IMG/VR virus record: IMGVR_UViG_3300048786_000038
Coordinates: 1-54,186 of that record
Direction: 5' to 3' (one strand)
Source: a virus
Lineage: Duplodnaviria > Caudoviricetes
DNA length: 54,186 bases
In this document: piece by piece, positions 46,277-54,186 of the stretch
How the letters are laid out: each line of letters begins with the position of its first letter
Position numbering within the stretch: the stretch's first letter is position 1
Made by a program: the position numbers and the translations under genes
The notes under the pieces: model-generated
What the model saw: only the letters and a program-made list of their open reading frames with translations
The model's database searches: none
What the model was told of the DNA's origin: nothing

Positions 46277-47631
46277 TGGGTCACCGCCTGCACGGGGCCG
46301 CCGGCGTAGAGCGTGGGCGTGGCAAGTGTGGCCGTGGCCGTGTTCACCGCCGCCTGATACGTGCCTGTGGCATCGGTGTAGAAAAGCACTCCGCCGACAA
46401 CCGACCACGACTCGATAGTGTTCGCATCCGTCACAAGCGGTGCGGCCGTCCCCGTGGAACCTGCGAGCTGGACAAGGGAAATCGTTTGTGCGGTGGCGGG
46501 GCCTGCATATACTTGTCCGCCGGACCAAATCCAGTTCGATACGCCGTTGATCTGCGGGACTGATGATGTATCATAAGAGGCAATAGTGCTCGCCGTGGCA
46601 AGCCATGACTGCGGACCATTCGAGAAAATGGTCTGAGCCATATTAACTGTCTGCCCGACGTTCTGTTCCCCGTATGTTTGATTCGTCACGACAGAGCGAG
46701 CGATATAGATTCCGCCGTTCGTTCCAAAACCAGACGAGGATACGACCTGCGGATTGGTCAAGTCAAAAGTCACCGAATACAGATCAAGGGCAACACCCGT
46801 AGCCAACTGCGGAGTGCCCGTGTAGATCGTATCGTTCATAACAAAGTACATGAGATTCGTCGATGGATCGACAAGATTCCATGCCGTTCCCGAACGACTG
46901 CCGAGTGTATTTGTCGCCCACATATAGACCAAGGGGTATTGACTGATGTTGATCTGTGTGGAGCCTGATATTGCCGCCGCTTGGAATCCGCCCCCTGAAA
47001 GACTATCGGTTGCAACCATCGTTCCATTGTTGTCAATCAATATCGTCGCATTCAAATCCCATGGTGTGGGCGAAGTACTGAGAATACCATGTGCGCCAGT
47101 GAAGCCGCTACTACTCACCTCCGCGCACGCGCCTGTTGCAAGCGCGCACGACCAGATACCGCCGCCGCTCTCGTACCACGCCTGCGATCCCTGCGCGTAG
47201 ATCAGCGCCCAATTGTCGGGCACGACCTGTACCGATGCCAGCGCTCCGGTTGACATGTCAAGTGTGTCCGTGCCTGCACCGCCTGCATAGTTATAGGTGA
47301 AAAGGATGTACTGCGCGGTCAACTGCGCGGCTTGCGTGATTGTCACCTGCACCGTTGCACCCGTGTCGTCGGTGAAGTCTACCGTCTGCGGCTGTCCGCC
47401 TGCGGTGATCTCCCCGAGTGTTGCACCCGTTGCCGTCACGATGTCACGGCCGGATGCCGAGCGCATTCTGCGCATGGCGACGGTGCGCGATGCACCCGAT
47501 TGCAGGAACAGCCCGCGCGGCGAGGCGATCCGCACCTTTGCAGGCGCCCCGTGCCCGCCGTGCGTCACGCCCGTGATCGACGGATTGCACGCGGCAAGCG
47601 CAAGGGCGAGAACGATTGTCAGCCACTTCAT
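46273..47631 (-). CDS. Beta-rich lipoprotein (moron)
   Basis: AGGAGG Shine-Dalgarno; lipobox MKWLTIVLALALAA-C. Confidence 0.8.
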   Translation of the reverse strand: MKWLTIVLALALAACNPSITGVTHGGHGAPAKVRIASPRGLFLQSGASRTVAMRRMRSASGRDIVTATGATLGEITAGGQPQTVDFTDDTGATVQVTITQAAQLTAQYILFTYNYAGGAGTDTLDMSTGALASVQVVPDNWALIYAQGSQAWYESGGGIWSCALATGACAEVSSSGFTGAHGILSTSPTPWDLNATILIDNNGTMVATDSLSGGGFQAAAISGSTQINISQYPLVYMWATNTLGSRSGTAWNLVDPSTNLMYFVMNDTIYTGTPQLATGVALDLYSVTFDLTNPQVVSSSGFGTNGGIYIARSVVTNQTYGEQNVGQTVNMAQTIFSNGPQSWLATASTIASYDTSSVPQINGVSNWIWSGGQVYAGPATAQTISLVQLAGSTGTAAPLVTDANTIESWSVVGGVLFYTDATGTYQAAVNTATATLATPTLYAGGPVQAVTQ

Positions 47632-47740
47632 GATTTTCCTCCTTGTACTTGACGATAGGGCCAACTCGATGACCCCATGTTCAACAGAAACAATCGGCGA
47701 ATGAATCCCGGGCACCACGGGGGAGACGTCCAAGGGTACG

Positions 47741-48061
47741 TTACTTCACCCGTTTCATCGTTTTGGATGTAGGGACGTTTGATGAACCGCCTCGCGCGAA
47801 GGCAATACAGATCGACATGCCATGAGTCAGCAACCACCCCTTGACGTGAGAATAGGCAACGCGCGCAGTCACGCCGACTAACTTTTTCCGCCCTCCCGCC
47901 ATGTTATCCCTGATCGCCTCCAGCATCAACACGTGCGCACCCGTGGGCGAGCGCAACCCCTGCTCCCAGTGGTGCACCGTTGCCACGCTCAGGCGCAACT
48001 TGCGCGCGAATGCCTCCTGCGTCAGCGCCCCACGTATCGCGCGAACATCGGCGTGCGTCAT
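47741..48061 (-). CDS. XRE-family HTH regulator
   Basis: LTQEAFARKLRLSVATVHHWEQG. Confidence 0.85.
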   Translation of the reverse strand: MTHADVRAIRGALTQEAFARKLRLSVATVHHWEQGLRSPTGAHVLMLEAIRDNMAGGRKKLVGVTARVAYSHVKGWLLTHGMSICIAFARGGSSNVPTSKTMKRVK

Positions 48062-48270
48062 GCGGGTTGCTCGAAAAACGAGTTGTAGCCCATCCAGTAT
48101 GCTCGAGCATCGGGATTCTCTATTCCCGATCGTTGCATGGAGAGATAGTCCTCATTCGGGATCTCCGCATTCGTGTCGGGTTGAACCGTCGGTTCTCCCT
48201 GGGAAACCACCGTATCCTCGGTGCTGATAAACTCTGCAAACTCGCGCCCGAAATCCTGTTCTGTTTTCAT
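48058..48270 (-). CDS. Hypothetical protein
   Basis: AGGAGG Shine-Dalgarno; ATGA overlap. Confidence 0.6.
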   Translation of the reverse strand: MKTEQDFGREFAEFISTEDTVVSQGEPTVQPDTNAEIPNEDYLSMQRSGIENPDARAYWMGYNSFFEQPA

Positions 48271-48280
48271 GCCATTCCTC

Positions 48281-48481
48281 CTAATATCCATCATCGTCGC
48301 CGCGCGTCATTTTTCGGAAATGCAGTTTGCGCGAATCCCATTCGTACATGATCTCGTCAGCGGGATATCCCTCGGCTACCAGGGTCCGTAGGAGCCCGCC
48401 AGCTACCAGGGCGTCCATGTCAGACTGGCTTTTCGCGTTCTTCGTGGCATCCTCAATCCGATCTCTTATTGATGTTGTCAT
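48281..48481 (-). CDS. Hypothetical protein
   Basis: ATG lies 6 nt after a -10 box. Confidence 0.6.
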   Translation of the reverse strand: MTTSIRDRIEDATKNAKSQSDMDALVAGGLLRTLVAEGYPADEIMYEWDSRKLHFRKMTRGDDDGY

Positions 48482-48487
48482 GCCTAT

Positions 48488-48516
48488 AATCTATCACGTA
48501 GTACTACAGAGCGCAA
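48488..48516 (-). promoter_or_regulatory. Leaderless promoter with a palindrome in the spacer
   Basis: TTGCGC-17-TGaTAGATT-6-ATG; palindrome GTAGTACTAC at 48498-48507. Confidence 0.7.
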
Positions 48517-48580
48517 GCAAAATCGCACGATTCTCTGAAAATATATTTCCGCGTCATTCCCCCGACTTGGCACGCTTCTT

Positions 48581-48661
48581 TCATCCTGAAAACCTGTTGT
48601 GCTTGCTCAAGTTTTCCTTGGCCCATAGTGGCTGTAGATTTGACCAGTGATGGGCGACAAA
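48581..48661 (-). pseudogene. C-terminal remnant of an HNH gene
   Basis: Translates as VAHHWSNLQPLWAKENLSKHNRFSG*, resembling HYLNLQPMWAKRNYKKH in ORF 15329. Confidence 0.75.
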
Positions 48662-48671
48662 GAAAGGGGTA

Positions 48672-49073
48672 CTATGCTCCTATCGATACGAGATACTTCA
48701 TGGTCGTCTTGACGTCGCTGTGATTGAGCAGTTTGCACACGCGATAGATGTCCTTGTCCTTCCGGTATTCGCTCACGGCATAGAAGTGCCGCAGGTCGTG
48801 CACGCTGTAGGCATGCGCGATCTCACCCGTTGCCGCGAGCCGTCGCGTGATGCGCTTGAAGTGCGCGGCAGTCGTCCCCGCTTTCACGCCCTCAAACGGC
48901 CGTCGCCCGCGATCGCGGATAGCCGCCAGCACGCGCCGGGGGAGCTCGCCCGTCCACGCCTTGCCCTTGCTCGTGGTCGCAAAGCGCGTGCCCGTCACCG
49001 TGAGGCCCGCAAGTGCGCCGATCCTCATTCCCCTGTAAGCCATCACAATCACCGATGCCTTGAGATCTGTCAT
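48672..49073 (-). CDS. Tyrosine recombinase, catalytic domain
   Basis: RGMR, SKG, HDLRH, LLNHSD, TMKY. Confidence 0.9.
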   Translation of the reverse strand: MTDLKASVIVMAYRGMRIGALAGLTVTGTRFATTSKGKAWTGELPRRVLAAIRDRGRRPFEGVKAGTTAAHFKRITRRLAATGEIAHAYSVHDLRHFYAVSEYRKDKDIYRVCKLLNHSDVKTTMKYLVSIGA

Positions 49074-49576
49074 ATTTCCTCCAGTATGCGCTGGATCTCT
49101 TTCGCGCTCGGAATCATGTGCTCCGACGGAGCCTCCGCGCGTCGGTTGATCTTAATGAACGGCGTTTGCGCGATCACCCGCCATTTCACGAGCGTAGAGT
49201 ACAGCGACGACACCGACGATATCGCGCTGTTCACGCTTGCAGGCGCGCCCGCCAAGTCCTTCGCAAACAGATCCGCGTGCATGGGCTCAGCTAACAACGG
49301 GTGCACGCCCTGCGTATCGCACCACGCCTGCCACTTGCGAACGGCGTTTGCATACCGTCGCGCCGTCTCCGGGCTCTTCTGGGCATGAACGGCAAGAAAC
49401 TTTTTCACGATATCATTGAAGTCCACGGACAGCGCGTCGATCTGACGATCCATTTCCTTCACCAGCCGCCCGCGCACAGCCTCGCGGAAAACCTTCTGCT
49501 TCCCCTCGGCGTCCAGGTCGGCCAGCCGCGGGAGTGCAGGTGCTTCAGCGCGCGTGGTGAGTGCGCTATTTCGCAT
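49070..49576 (-). CDS. Tyrosine recombinase, core-binding (N-terminal) domain
   Basis: KSPETARRY, APASVNSAISSVSSLY, IPSAKEIQRIL. Confidence 0.8.
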   Translation of the reverse strand: MRNSALTTRAEAPALPRLADLDAEGKQKVFREAVRGRLVKEMDRQIDALSVDFNDIVKKFLAVHAQKSPETARRYANAVRKWQAWCDTQGVHPLLAEPMHADLFAKDLAGAPASVNSAISSVSSLYSTLVKWRVIAQTPFIKINRRAEAPSEHMIPSAKEIQRILEEI

Positions 49577-50897
49577 AGGGGCACGGGGCGTAGTGGATCT
49601 GATCACCATTCTCATCGACATGCCGACCACAATCGCAATAGTTCTGCGCATCCCCCTGCGGCTTCTGCTCATGGCACGGACAGGCGCACTTCTCTCCTAC
49701 CACGTGCGACGGTTCACAGTAGTGGGGGCACAGCGGCTTCTGCGGCGAGGTGCTATCCTCTCGCCAAGTACCGGCCAGCCCATCCCAATGCATCCCCGTG
49801 TGATCTCCCGCAATGTCTCCCTTCTGGGCGGCGTAGTCGCGGGCGAGGGCGGAGGCTCTATTTTTGAGCCTTTCCACCCATTCGACAAGGTACTTGGTAG
49901 GCCATGCCAGATGTATTGCATTCGAAAGATTGCCAAGCTCGGAAACCATAACCGGGTCGTGATACAGTCCCGGCGCGGAGGCGCGGAGGGCCTTCTCATC
50001 CGCCATTCTTCCGAGATATCCCTTGGCGGCATCGGACAATGGTGTTTCCGTTGAACTTGCCACAGCAAGTGGAGAGGATTGGAGGTTTTCGATTGCGTAC
50101 TCCATGTCCCGGATCGTCGCTTTCCACGATTCACCACCGCGCTCTTTTAGCCACGCAAGAACGGTCGATGCGAGCAGTCCCCCTCCCGCCCCCTCGAACA
50201 GGGCGCAGATGCGGCGCGCGTAGGTGGTAAAGGAAAGCGTAACTCCCTCTCTTAGATTGAGCCCTTCGGTGAATAAGTCGGCCAAGGCATCCCGAACCTT
50301 CGCAACTAAATCCTCAGAGGCCACGGCATCGGCAGGCGGCGGGGAGGCGCTCTCTGCCTCGTTGGTTGGCCATGATGAGGGTAGGTCACCTAATGAATCC
50401 ACGTCAGCCTCCATGGCGGCGAGATTCTTCCGAGCCTCGTCACGTTCATACTGCAAGTGCTCGGCGTCCATCTTCAACTTCTCGATATCTGCCTCGGCAC
50501 GTTCGGCGCGTTTGAGTAACCCGCTGGTCTCCGCACTCAGAGCCAACTCCAGCTCCTCGATGCGCTTCATGACAGTTTGCAGACGATGTGGAAGGTCGGT
50601 ACATTCCCACTCCTTGCGTACCTGATATTCAGAGGTTTTCCGTGAGATCATAAGGTGACATTCACCAATAGCATCACGGAAATAGACATTCAAAGACTCA
50701 GAGGCGGCGAGTTTTTGGGCCGCTTCTTCGTTCTTAGCAAGCCTTTCCTCGGCCATGTACACAGCGGCGGCGTACCCCTTTTCCACGGCCTCAAGGTCGG
50801 ATATGATGTCCCATACCAACTTACTGACAAGACTACCTTTCAAAGCATTTTGAACGACACCCTTGTCAAACCGATCAGTCCATTCCTTTGCTGTCAT
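49566..50897 (-). CDS. Mosaic coiled-coil accessory protein
   Basis: Long ORF with GGAGG Shine-Dalgarno; shares linker repeats with its neighbour. Confidence 0.7.
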   Translation of the reverse strand: MTAKEWTDRFDKGVVQNALKGSLVSKLVWDIISDLEAVEKGYAAAVYMAEERLAKNEEAAQKLAASESLNVYFRDAIGECHLMISRKTSEYQVRKEWECTDLPHRLQTVMKRIEELELALSAETSGLLKRAERAEADIEKLKMDAEHLQYERDEARKNLAAMEADVDSLGDLPSSWPTNEAESASPPPADAVASEDLVAKVRDALADLFTEGLNLREGVTLSFTTYARRICALFEGAGGGLLASTVLAWLKERGGESWKATIRDMEYAIENLQSSPLAVASSTETPLSDAAKGYLGRMADEKALRASAPGLYHDPVMVSELGNLSNAIHLAWPTKYLVEWVERLKNRASALARDYAAQKGDIAGDHTGMHWDGLAGTWREDSTSPQKPLCPHYCEPSHVVGEKCACPCHEQKPQGDAQNYCDCGRHVDENGDQIHYAPCPYAK

Positions 50898-50920
50898 ATC
50901 AACCTCCAAATAAGTAGGGC

Positions 50921-52207
50921 CTACTTGCTCGAAACCGAATGACCAGTAGAAGAGTGGTGAGCGTTCCCCTCGGCTTCCGTCATGTCTCGCATCATGCAGT
51001 CATCACAGGCCCACGGCGGAGGGGTGCGGAAGAAGGCGTGCTCCTCTGCGATTTCGCTTTCCCACTTGCCTTGGGCAGCGTCGATTGCTTCCCGAAGCGT
51101 TGGAGCATTTAGAGTTGCGATCTTCTCAGGGTTGACTTCGACTTGAAATGCCGTGGCCTTCCCTGTTTGGTTGCGGAGGCCAGAGAGATAGACTTCGACG
51201 TAGTTATCGTCGTAGGTCATCACGTGTTCCAGCCAGTCCAACCGTTGTGAATCCCGCAGTCCCGGATCGGCAGGCGGCGGGGAGGCGCGATCAGGAATAT
51301 TTTCTACCGCTTTTTGGGAATATTCCTTATGCCTTTCATCAATCCAAAGGTGTTCGACAACGTTGCAGTAACCGAGGATTGGACCCTTGTGCCGATCGTG
51401 AACGCGAAGGGCATCCTCTCTTCGTGCAAACCTTATCGCGTCGTTGATGTCGGTCGTCCATCCGAGGAAATCCCCGCCCGCCCAGTAACGAGGAGGCTCT
51501 CCGCTTACATCTTGCCTTCGCTCGATCAGCCAAGCCTTTTCCTCGTCGTTCGCTCGCCACTTCATCGCATCCCGGACAAGCGCGTCATATTCCTGTTGAC
51601 TGAGCGCTCCCCCCGCCCCCTCGAACAGCGCACAGATGCGGGTGGCCTCTTCGCATAGTTCCTGTTTCCATTCAACACTCTTATCGTCCCAAGGTAGATC
51701 ATCAGGATCATTTACATACCATCGACATAGTTCCCGCGCTACCTGCTCCACACGCGAAGGCTGTGCCGGCGGGACACCGAGGCGTTCGGTCTCAGCATCC
51801 GATAGGCCAGTGACAAACTCTATCGAGGGTTGGACCGCACTCGCCGTTTCGACATGTGACGGGGTGCCGTGAACGGGGCACACGGATGAGGTGTAGGCAT
51901 TGACACACGTACATTGCGGAGTGTGGAGGATGGCATCAAGAATGTGATCCAGTGTATCGCATCCCCATTTCGGGATATACCATTTTCCATCCAGCAGTTG
52001 ACTCCCCTCTGACGTGCCATTGTCGGTCTGGATGTACTGCGAGAGAACAGCCTCCCGCAGGCCCCCCTCCCCGAACAGCGCACAGATGCGGGTAGCGACT
52101 TCTTCCACCGTGTGTTCGCCAGTAGACAATATACACTCGTCGTAAAAATGTGGTATGATCGTGACAAACGATTCAAGCCAGTCATGCCATTCTTTCGCGC
52201 TACGCAT
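50921..52207 (-). CDS. Mosaic accessory protein
   Basis: Long ORF with AGGAGG Shine-Dalgarno; DSQRLDWLE and TLREAIDAA modules. Confidence 0.7.
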   Translation of the reverse strand: MRSAKEWHDWLESFVTIIPHFYDECILSTGEHTVEEVATRICALFGEGGLREAVLSQYIQTDNGTSEGSQLLDGKWYIPKWGCDTLDHILDAILHTPQCTCVNAYTSSVCPVHGTPSHVETASAVQPSIEFVTGLSDAETERLGVPPAQPSRVEQVARELCRWYVNDPDDLPWDDKSVEWKQELCEEATRICALFEGAGGALSQQEYDALVRDAMKWRANDEEKAWLIERRQDVSGEPPRYWAGGDFLGWTTDINDAIRFARREDALRVHDRHKGPILGYCNVVEHLWIDERHKEYSQKAVENIPDRASPPPADPGLRDSQRLDWLEHVMTYDDNYVEVYLSGLRNQTGKATAFQVEVNPEKIATLNAPTLREAIDAAQGKWESEIAEEHAFFRTPPPWACDDCMMRDMTEAEGNAHHSSTGHSVSSK

Positions 52208-52242
52208 TTTCCCTCCTATCGGTAAGCAAACATACCAGTTAC

Positions 52243-52917
52243 TTAACTCTCAAACGTTATCGCCCATACCCACGGATTGGATTCCCACGAGTAGCCGCGC
52301 TTGGCGTTGATGGAATCCCACACGTGCGTGAAAGCTTCCCGTGCGGTCGGCCAGCACTGGAGAGTACCCTTGACCGCATGAATGCCGCCGAGGTAGTAGC
52401 CACCGCTAAACTCGATGCCCTCCGCCTTCGCATCCTCCTCCGTGATCTCGTTCACCCTCTGCACGCGCACGTCCGTGATGCGGAGCGTGAGACGTGACGC
52501 CCAGCGCGGCATGTGGATTGCGGGAGTCCAGCGCGGTTCGATGATGCACCCGCCATCAGCGCGGTACATGATGCTATCGGCAAAAAAGTCGCGCTCGGCG
52601 TCGGTGTAGCGTTTGGCAAACGTCTCCCGAACCCAGAGCAGATCACCGGGTTGTCCGTAGGGACACGCTGGGGGCTTTTCGTTGATGTAGGTTTTCCCGT
52701 TCTCTCCGGGATGCTTCCATCCGAAGTATTCGGCGCCGATAGTGCCTTCGTGATACTCGGGTTGAGGTTTCACGACCCGCCTTGTTTGAGTTTTTCTATT
52801 TTCCAGAATTGCTCTTACCATTGGCCCTGAGAATAGAATTGGACTTGTGCGGACAGATTCCACCATTTCTCTTTCGCCCCTGATTACAGTTGGCGCAGAG
52901 GAGTTGATATCCTTCAT
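52243..52917 (-). CDS. ASCH/PUA-like phage protein, functional downstream part
   Basis: PILFSGPMVRAILENRKTQTRR, PGDLLWVRETF, HMPRWASR, NPWVW. Confidence 0.85.
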   Translation of the reverse strand: MKDINSSAPTVIRGEREMVESVRTSPILFSGPMVRAILENRKTQTRRVVKPQPEYHEGTIGAEYFGWKHPGENGKTYINEKPPACPYGQPGDLLWVRETFAKRYTDAERDFFADSIMYRADGGCIIEPRWTPAIHMPRWASRLTLRITDVRVQRVNEITEEDAKAEGIEFSGGYYLGGIHAVKGTLQCWPTAREAFTHVWDSINAKRGYSWESNPWVWAITFES

Positions 52918-53281
52918 GCGGGAACCCTCTTTTTTTCAGCCACGCATAACATGCTTTCGAGCCCCTGCCTATTTGACGACGATGTGCCGCTCCGTCGTTT
53001 TGAGAATGGTCTATTTCCAGAAATGCCTTCTCCAATTCCCCGCAACATGAACATTTCCCGCCATACGCACCGATAATCTCCACTCGCAACGCAGCATATC
53101 GAACCCTCTCGCGTTCGGCATTCTTCGCGAGATGAATTGGGGAAAGCTCTTTTCGGCGAGCACGTATCTTCTTGCGATTCTTCTTGTACTGAGAGCGTTC
53201 CCGTTTTTTCACCTTCTCCGCATTCCTCTTGTAGTAATCCCGATCCGCTTCTATCTTCTTTTGCTTTTCTTTGTACGGCAT
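52796..53281 (-). CDS. HNH endonuclease overprinted on the ASCH-like locus
   Basis: YGGKCSCCGE...LEIDHSQNDG...YQLLCANCN. Confidence 0.9.
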   Translation of the reverse strand: MPYKEKQKKIEADRDYYKRNAEKVKKRERSQYKKNRKKIRARRKELSPIHLAKNAERERVRYAALRVEIIGAYGGKCSCCGELEKAFLEIDHSQNDGAAHRRQIGRGSKACYAWLKKRGFPHEGYQLLCANCNQGRKRNGGICPHKSNSILRANGKSNSGK

Positions 53282-53390
53282 ACCCGCCATGGTAACGAAA
53301 GACACACTTTATGTCAAGCGTCTTTCGGCCTTCGAGGATCGCGCGCACCATCGCAGATTGGAATAGTATTGGTCTCTCTTTCACTTTCAC
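52914..53390 (-). CDS. Original ASCH-like N-terminus continuing as an off-frame read of the HNH gene (start uncertain)
   Basis: KERPILFQSAMVRAILEGRKT followed by atypical sequence; stop overlaps ATG 52917. Confidence 0.6.
   Translation of the reverse strand: MKVKERPILFQSAMVRAILEGRKTLDIKCVFRYHGGYAVQRKAKEDRSGSGLLQEECGEGEKTGTLSVQEESQEDTCSPKRAFPNSSREECRTREGSICCVASGDYRCVWREMFMLRGIGEGISGNRPFSKRRSGTSSSNRQGLESMLCVAEKKRVPA
53289..53317 (-). promoter_or_regulatory. sigma70-type promoter, leaderless, for the HNH ORF
   Basis: TTGACA-17-TACCAT-7-ATG(53281). Confidence 0.8.
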
Positions 53391-53410
53391 TACCTCACCG
53401 ATATTGTCTG

Positions 53411-54186
53411 TTACCCTGCACATGCCGCATTCCTTGCAATCAGGGCAGGGCGCGCCCATTGCCTTTGGAATAGCATCCACTTCGGGTCTCTATTGCCCTT
53501 TCTGTCCCTGTAGAGCATAGCCATTGGAAACATTCCAAGAACCGTCACGCAGTAGCACAGTCGATCCTCTGCTTTTTCAATTGTATCTCCGGGGTATCCG
53601 ATGAGAACGTACACGCGGAGTTTGTGACGATTGAATCCAGCGTCATGCAATCTCTTCGCGGCTTCTACGAGCGGTTCGAGGTCATCGTCTGTGTCCCAAG
53701 CAAAGAACATTTGCTCAATGCGAGACGCGGCCAGAAGCTCTATATGCCAATCCTTCAATCGTGCCGCTTCCAGACCCCCCGTAAATTGCGCTCGTTCCTT
53801 CTGGCGAGCGAGCATAGCAAACACTCCTCTAATGTGATCCTCCGAACAGGCCAATAAATTGTCATCTAAAATGTTGAAACCTTCGCGGATCGGAAGCTCG
53901 CGAACCTCTTGGCCTTCACGCCTCCACACTGAACAGAACCAGCACCGATTCGGGCAACCCCGTGAAGTGATGAGATAGCCGGGTTTGACGTACTGCCCGG
54001 GGGTGAAATCATCTCCACGCATTCCCGTTGCTGGTCCACCGATCCTAACGGGGGCAACGTGTGACCATTCTTTTGAAAGCCGATCAGCCTCGGTGAGATC
54101 CCACGTAAAGAGCACTGAGATATGGATCTCATCAGCTTCATCGGAAAAATCCGGAAGCCCCACCCTTGCCAGAGAATCGGTCGGGG
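53411..54186 (-). CDS. Radical SAM protein, 5' end beyond the window edge
   Basis: TSRGCPNRCWFC (CxxxCxxC), DDNLLA, YVLIGY. Confidence 0.85.
   Translation of the reverse strand, partial: PTDSLARVGLPDFSDEADEIHISVLFTWDLTEADRLSKEWSHVAPVRIGGPATGMRGDDFTPGQYVKPGYLITSRGCPNRCWFCSVWRREGQEVRELPIREGFNILDDNLLACSEDHIRGVFAMLARQKERAQFTGGLEAARLKDWHIELLAASRIEQMFFAWDTDDDLEPLVEAAKRLHDAGFNRHKLRVYVLIGYPGDTIEKAEDRLCYCVTVLGMFPMAMLYRDRKGNRDPKWMLFQRQWARPALIARNAACAG

Larger units (their letters stand above)
1..54186. mobile_element. Near-complete tailed phage genome (lambda-like head, Mu-like contractile tail)
   Basis: Full set of terminase, portal, protease, capsid, sheath, tube, tape measure, baseplate and fibre genes, plus a divergent replication arm; no host housekeeping genes seen. 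Confidence 0.95.

Noticed and set aside
1-54186. Host assignment (spirochaete-like impression from the fibre and lipoprotein)
   Set aside because: Impression only; needs homology searches or spacer matches

Overview
The window is an apparently near-complete (~54.2 kb) GC-rich tailed phage genome with no host flanks; the radical SAM gene appears to run across the end/start junction. The + strand arm (14.2-46.0 kb) has a lambda-like head (GpA-type terminase, gpW, portal, S49 protease, gpD/gpE-like) and a Mu-like contractile tail. The - strand arm has replication, recombination and modification genes (helicases, primase-helicase, YqaJ/RecT, methylases, radical SAM, tyrosine recombinase). Four things stand out. 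(1) Several HNH/EndoVII nucleases sit inside host genes without an intron or intein; two are overprinted in the +1 frame behind their own leaderless promoter while the host frame stays open. (2) The tail tube protein looks circularly permuted. (3) Nine sigma70-type promoters are positioned to give leaderless mRNAs. (4) There is a D-armless tRNA-like element with a G3:U70 pair. All family calls come from motif recognition by eye; no searches were run.
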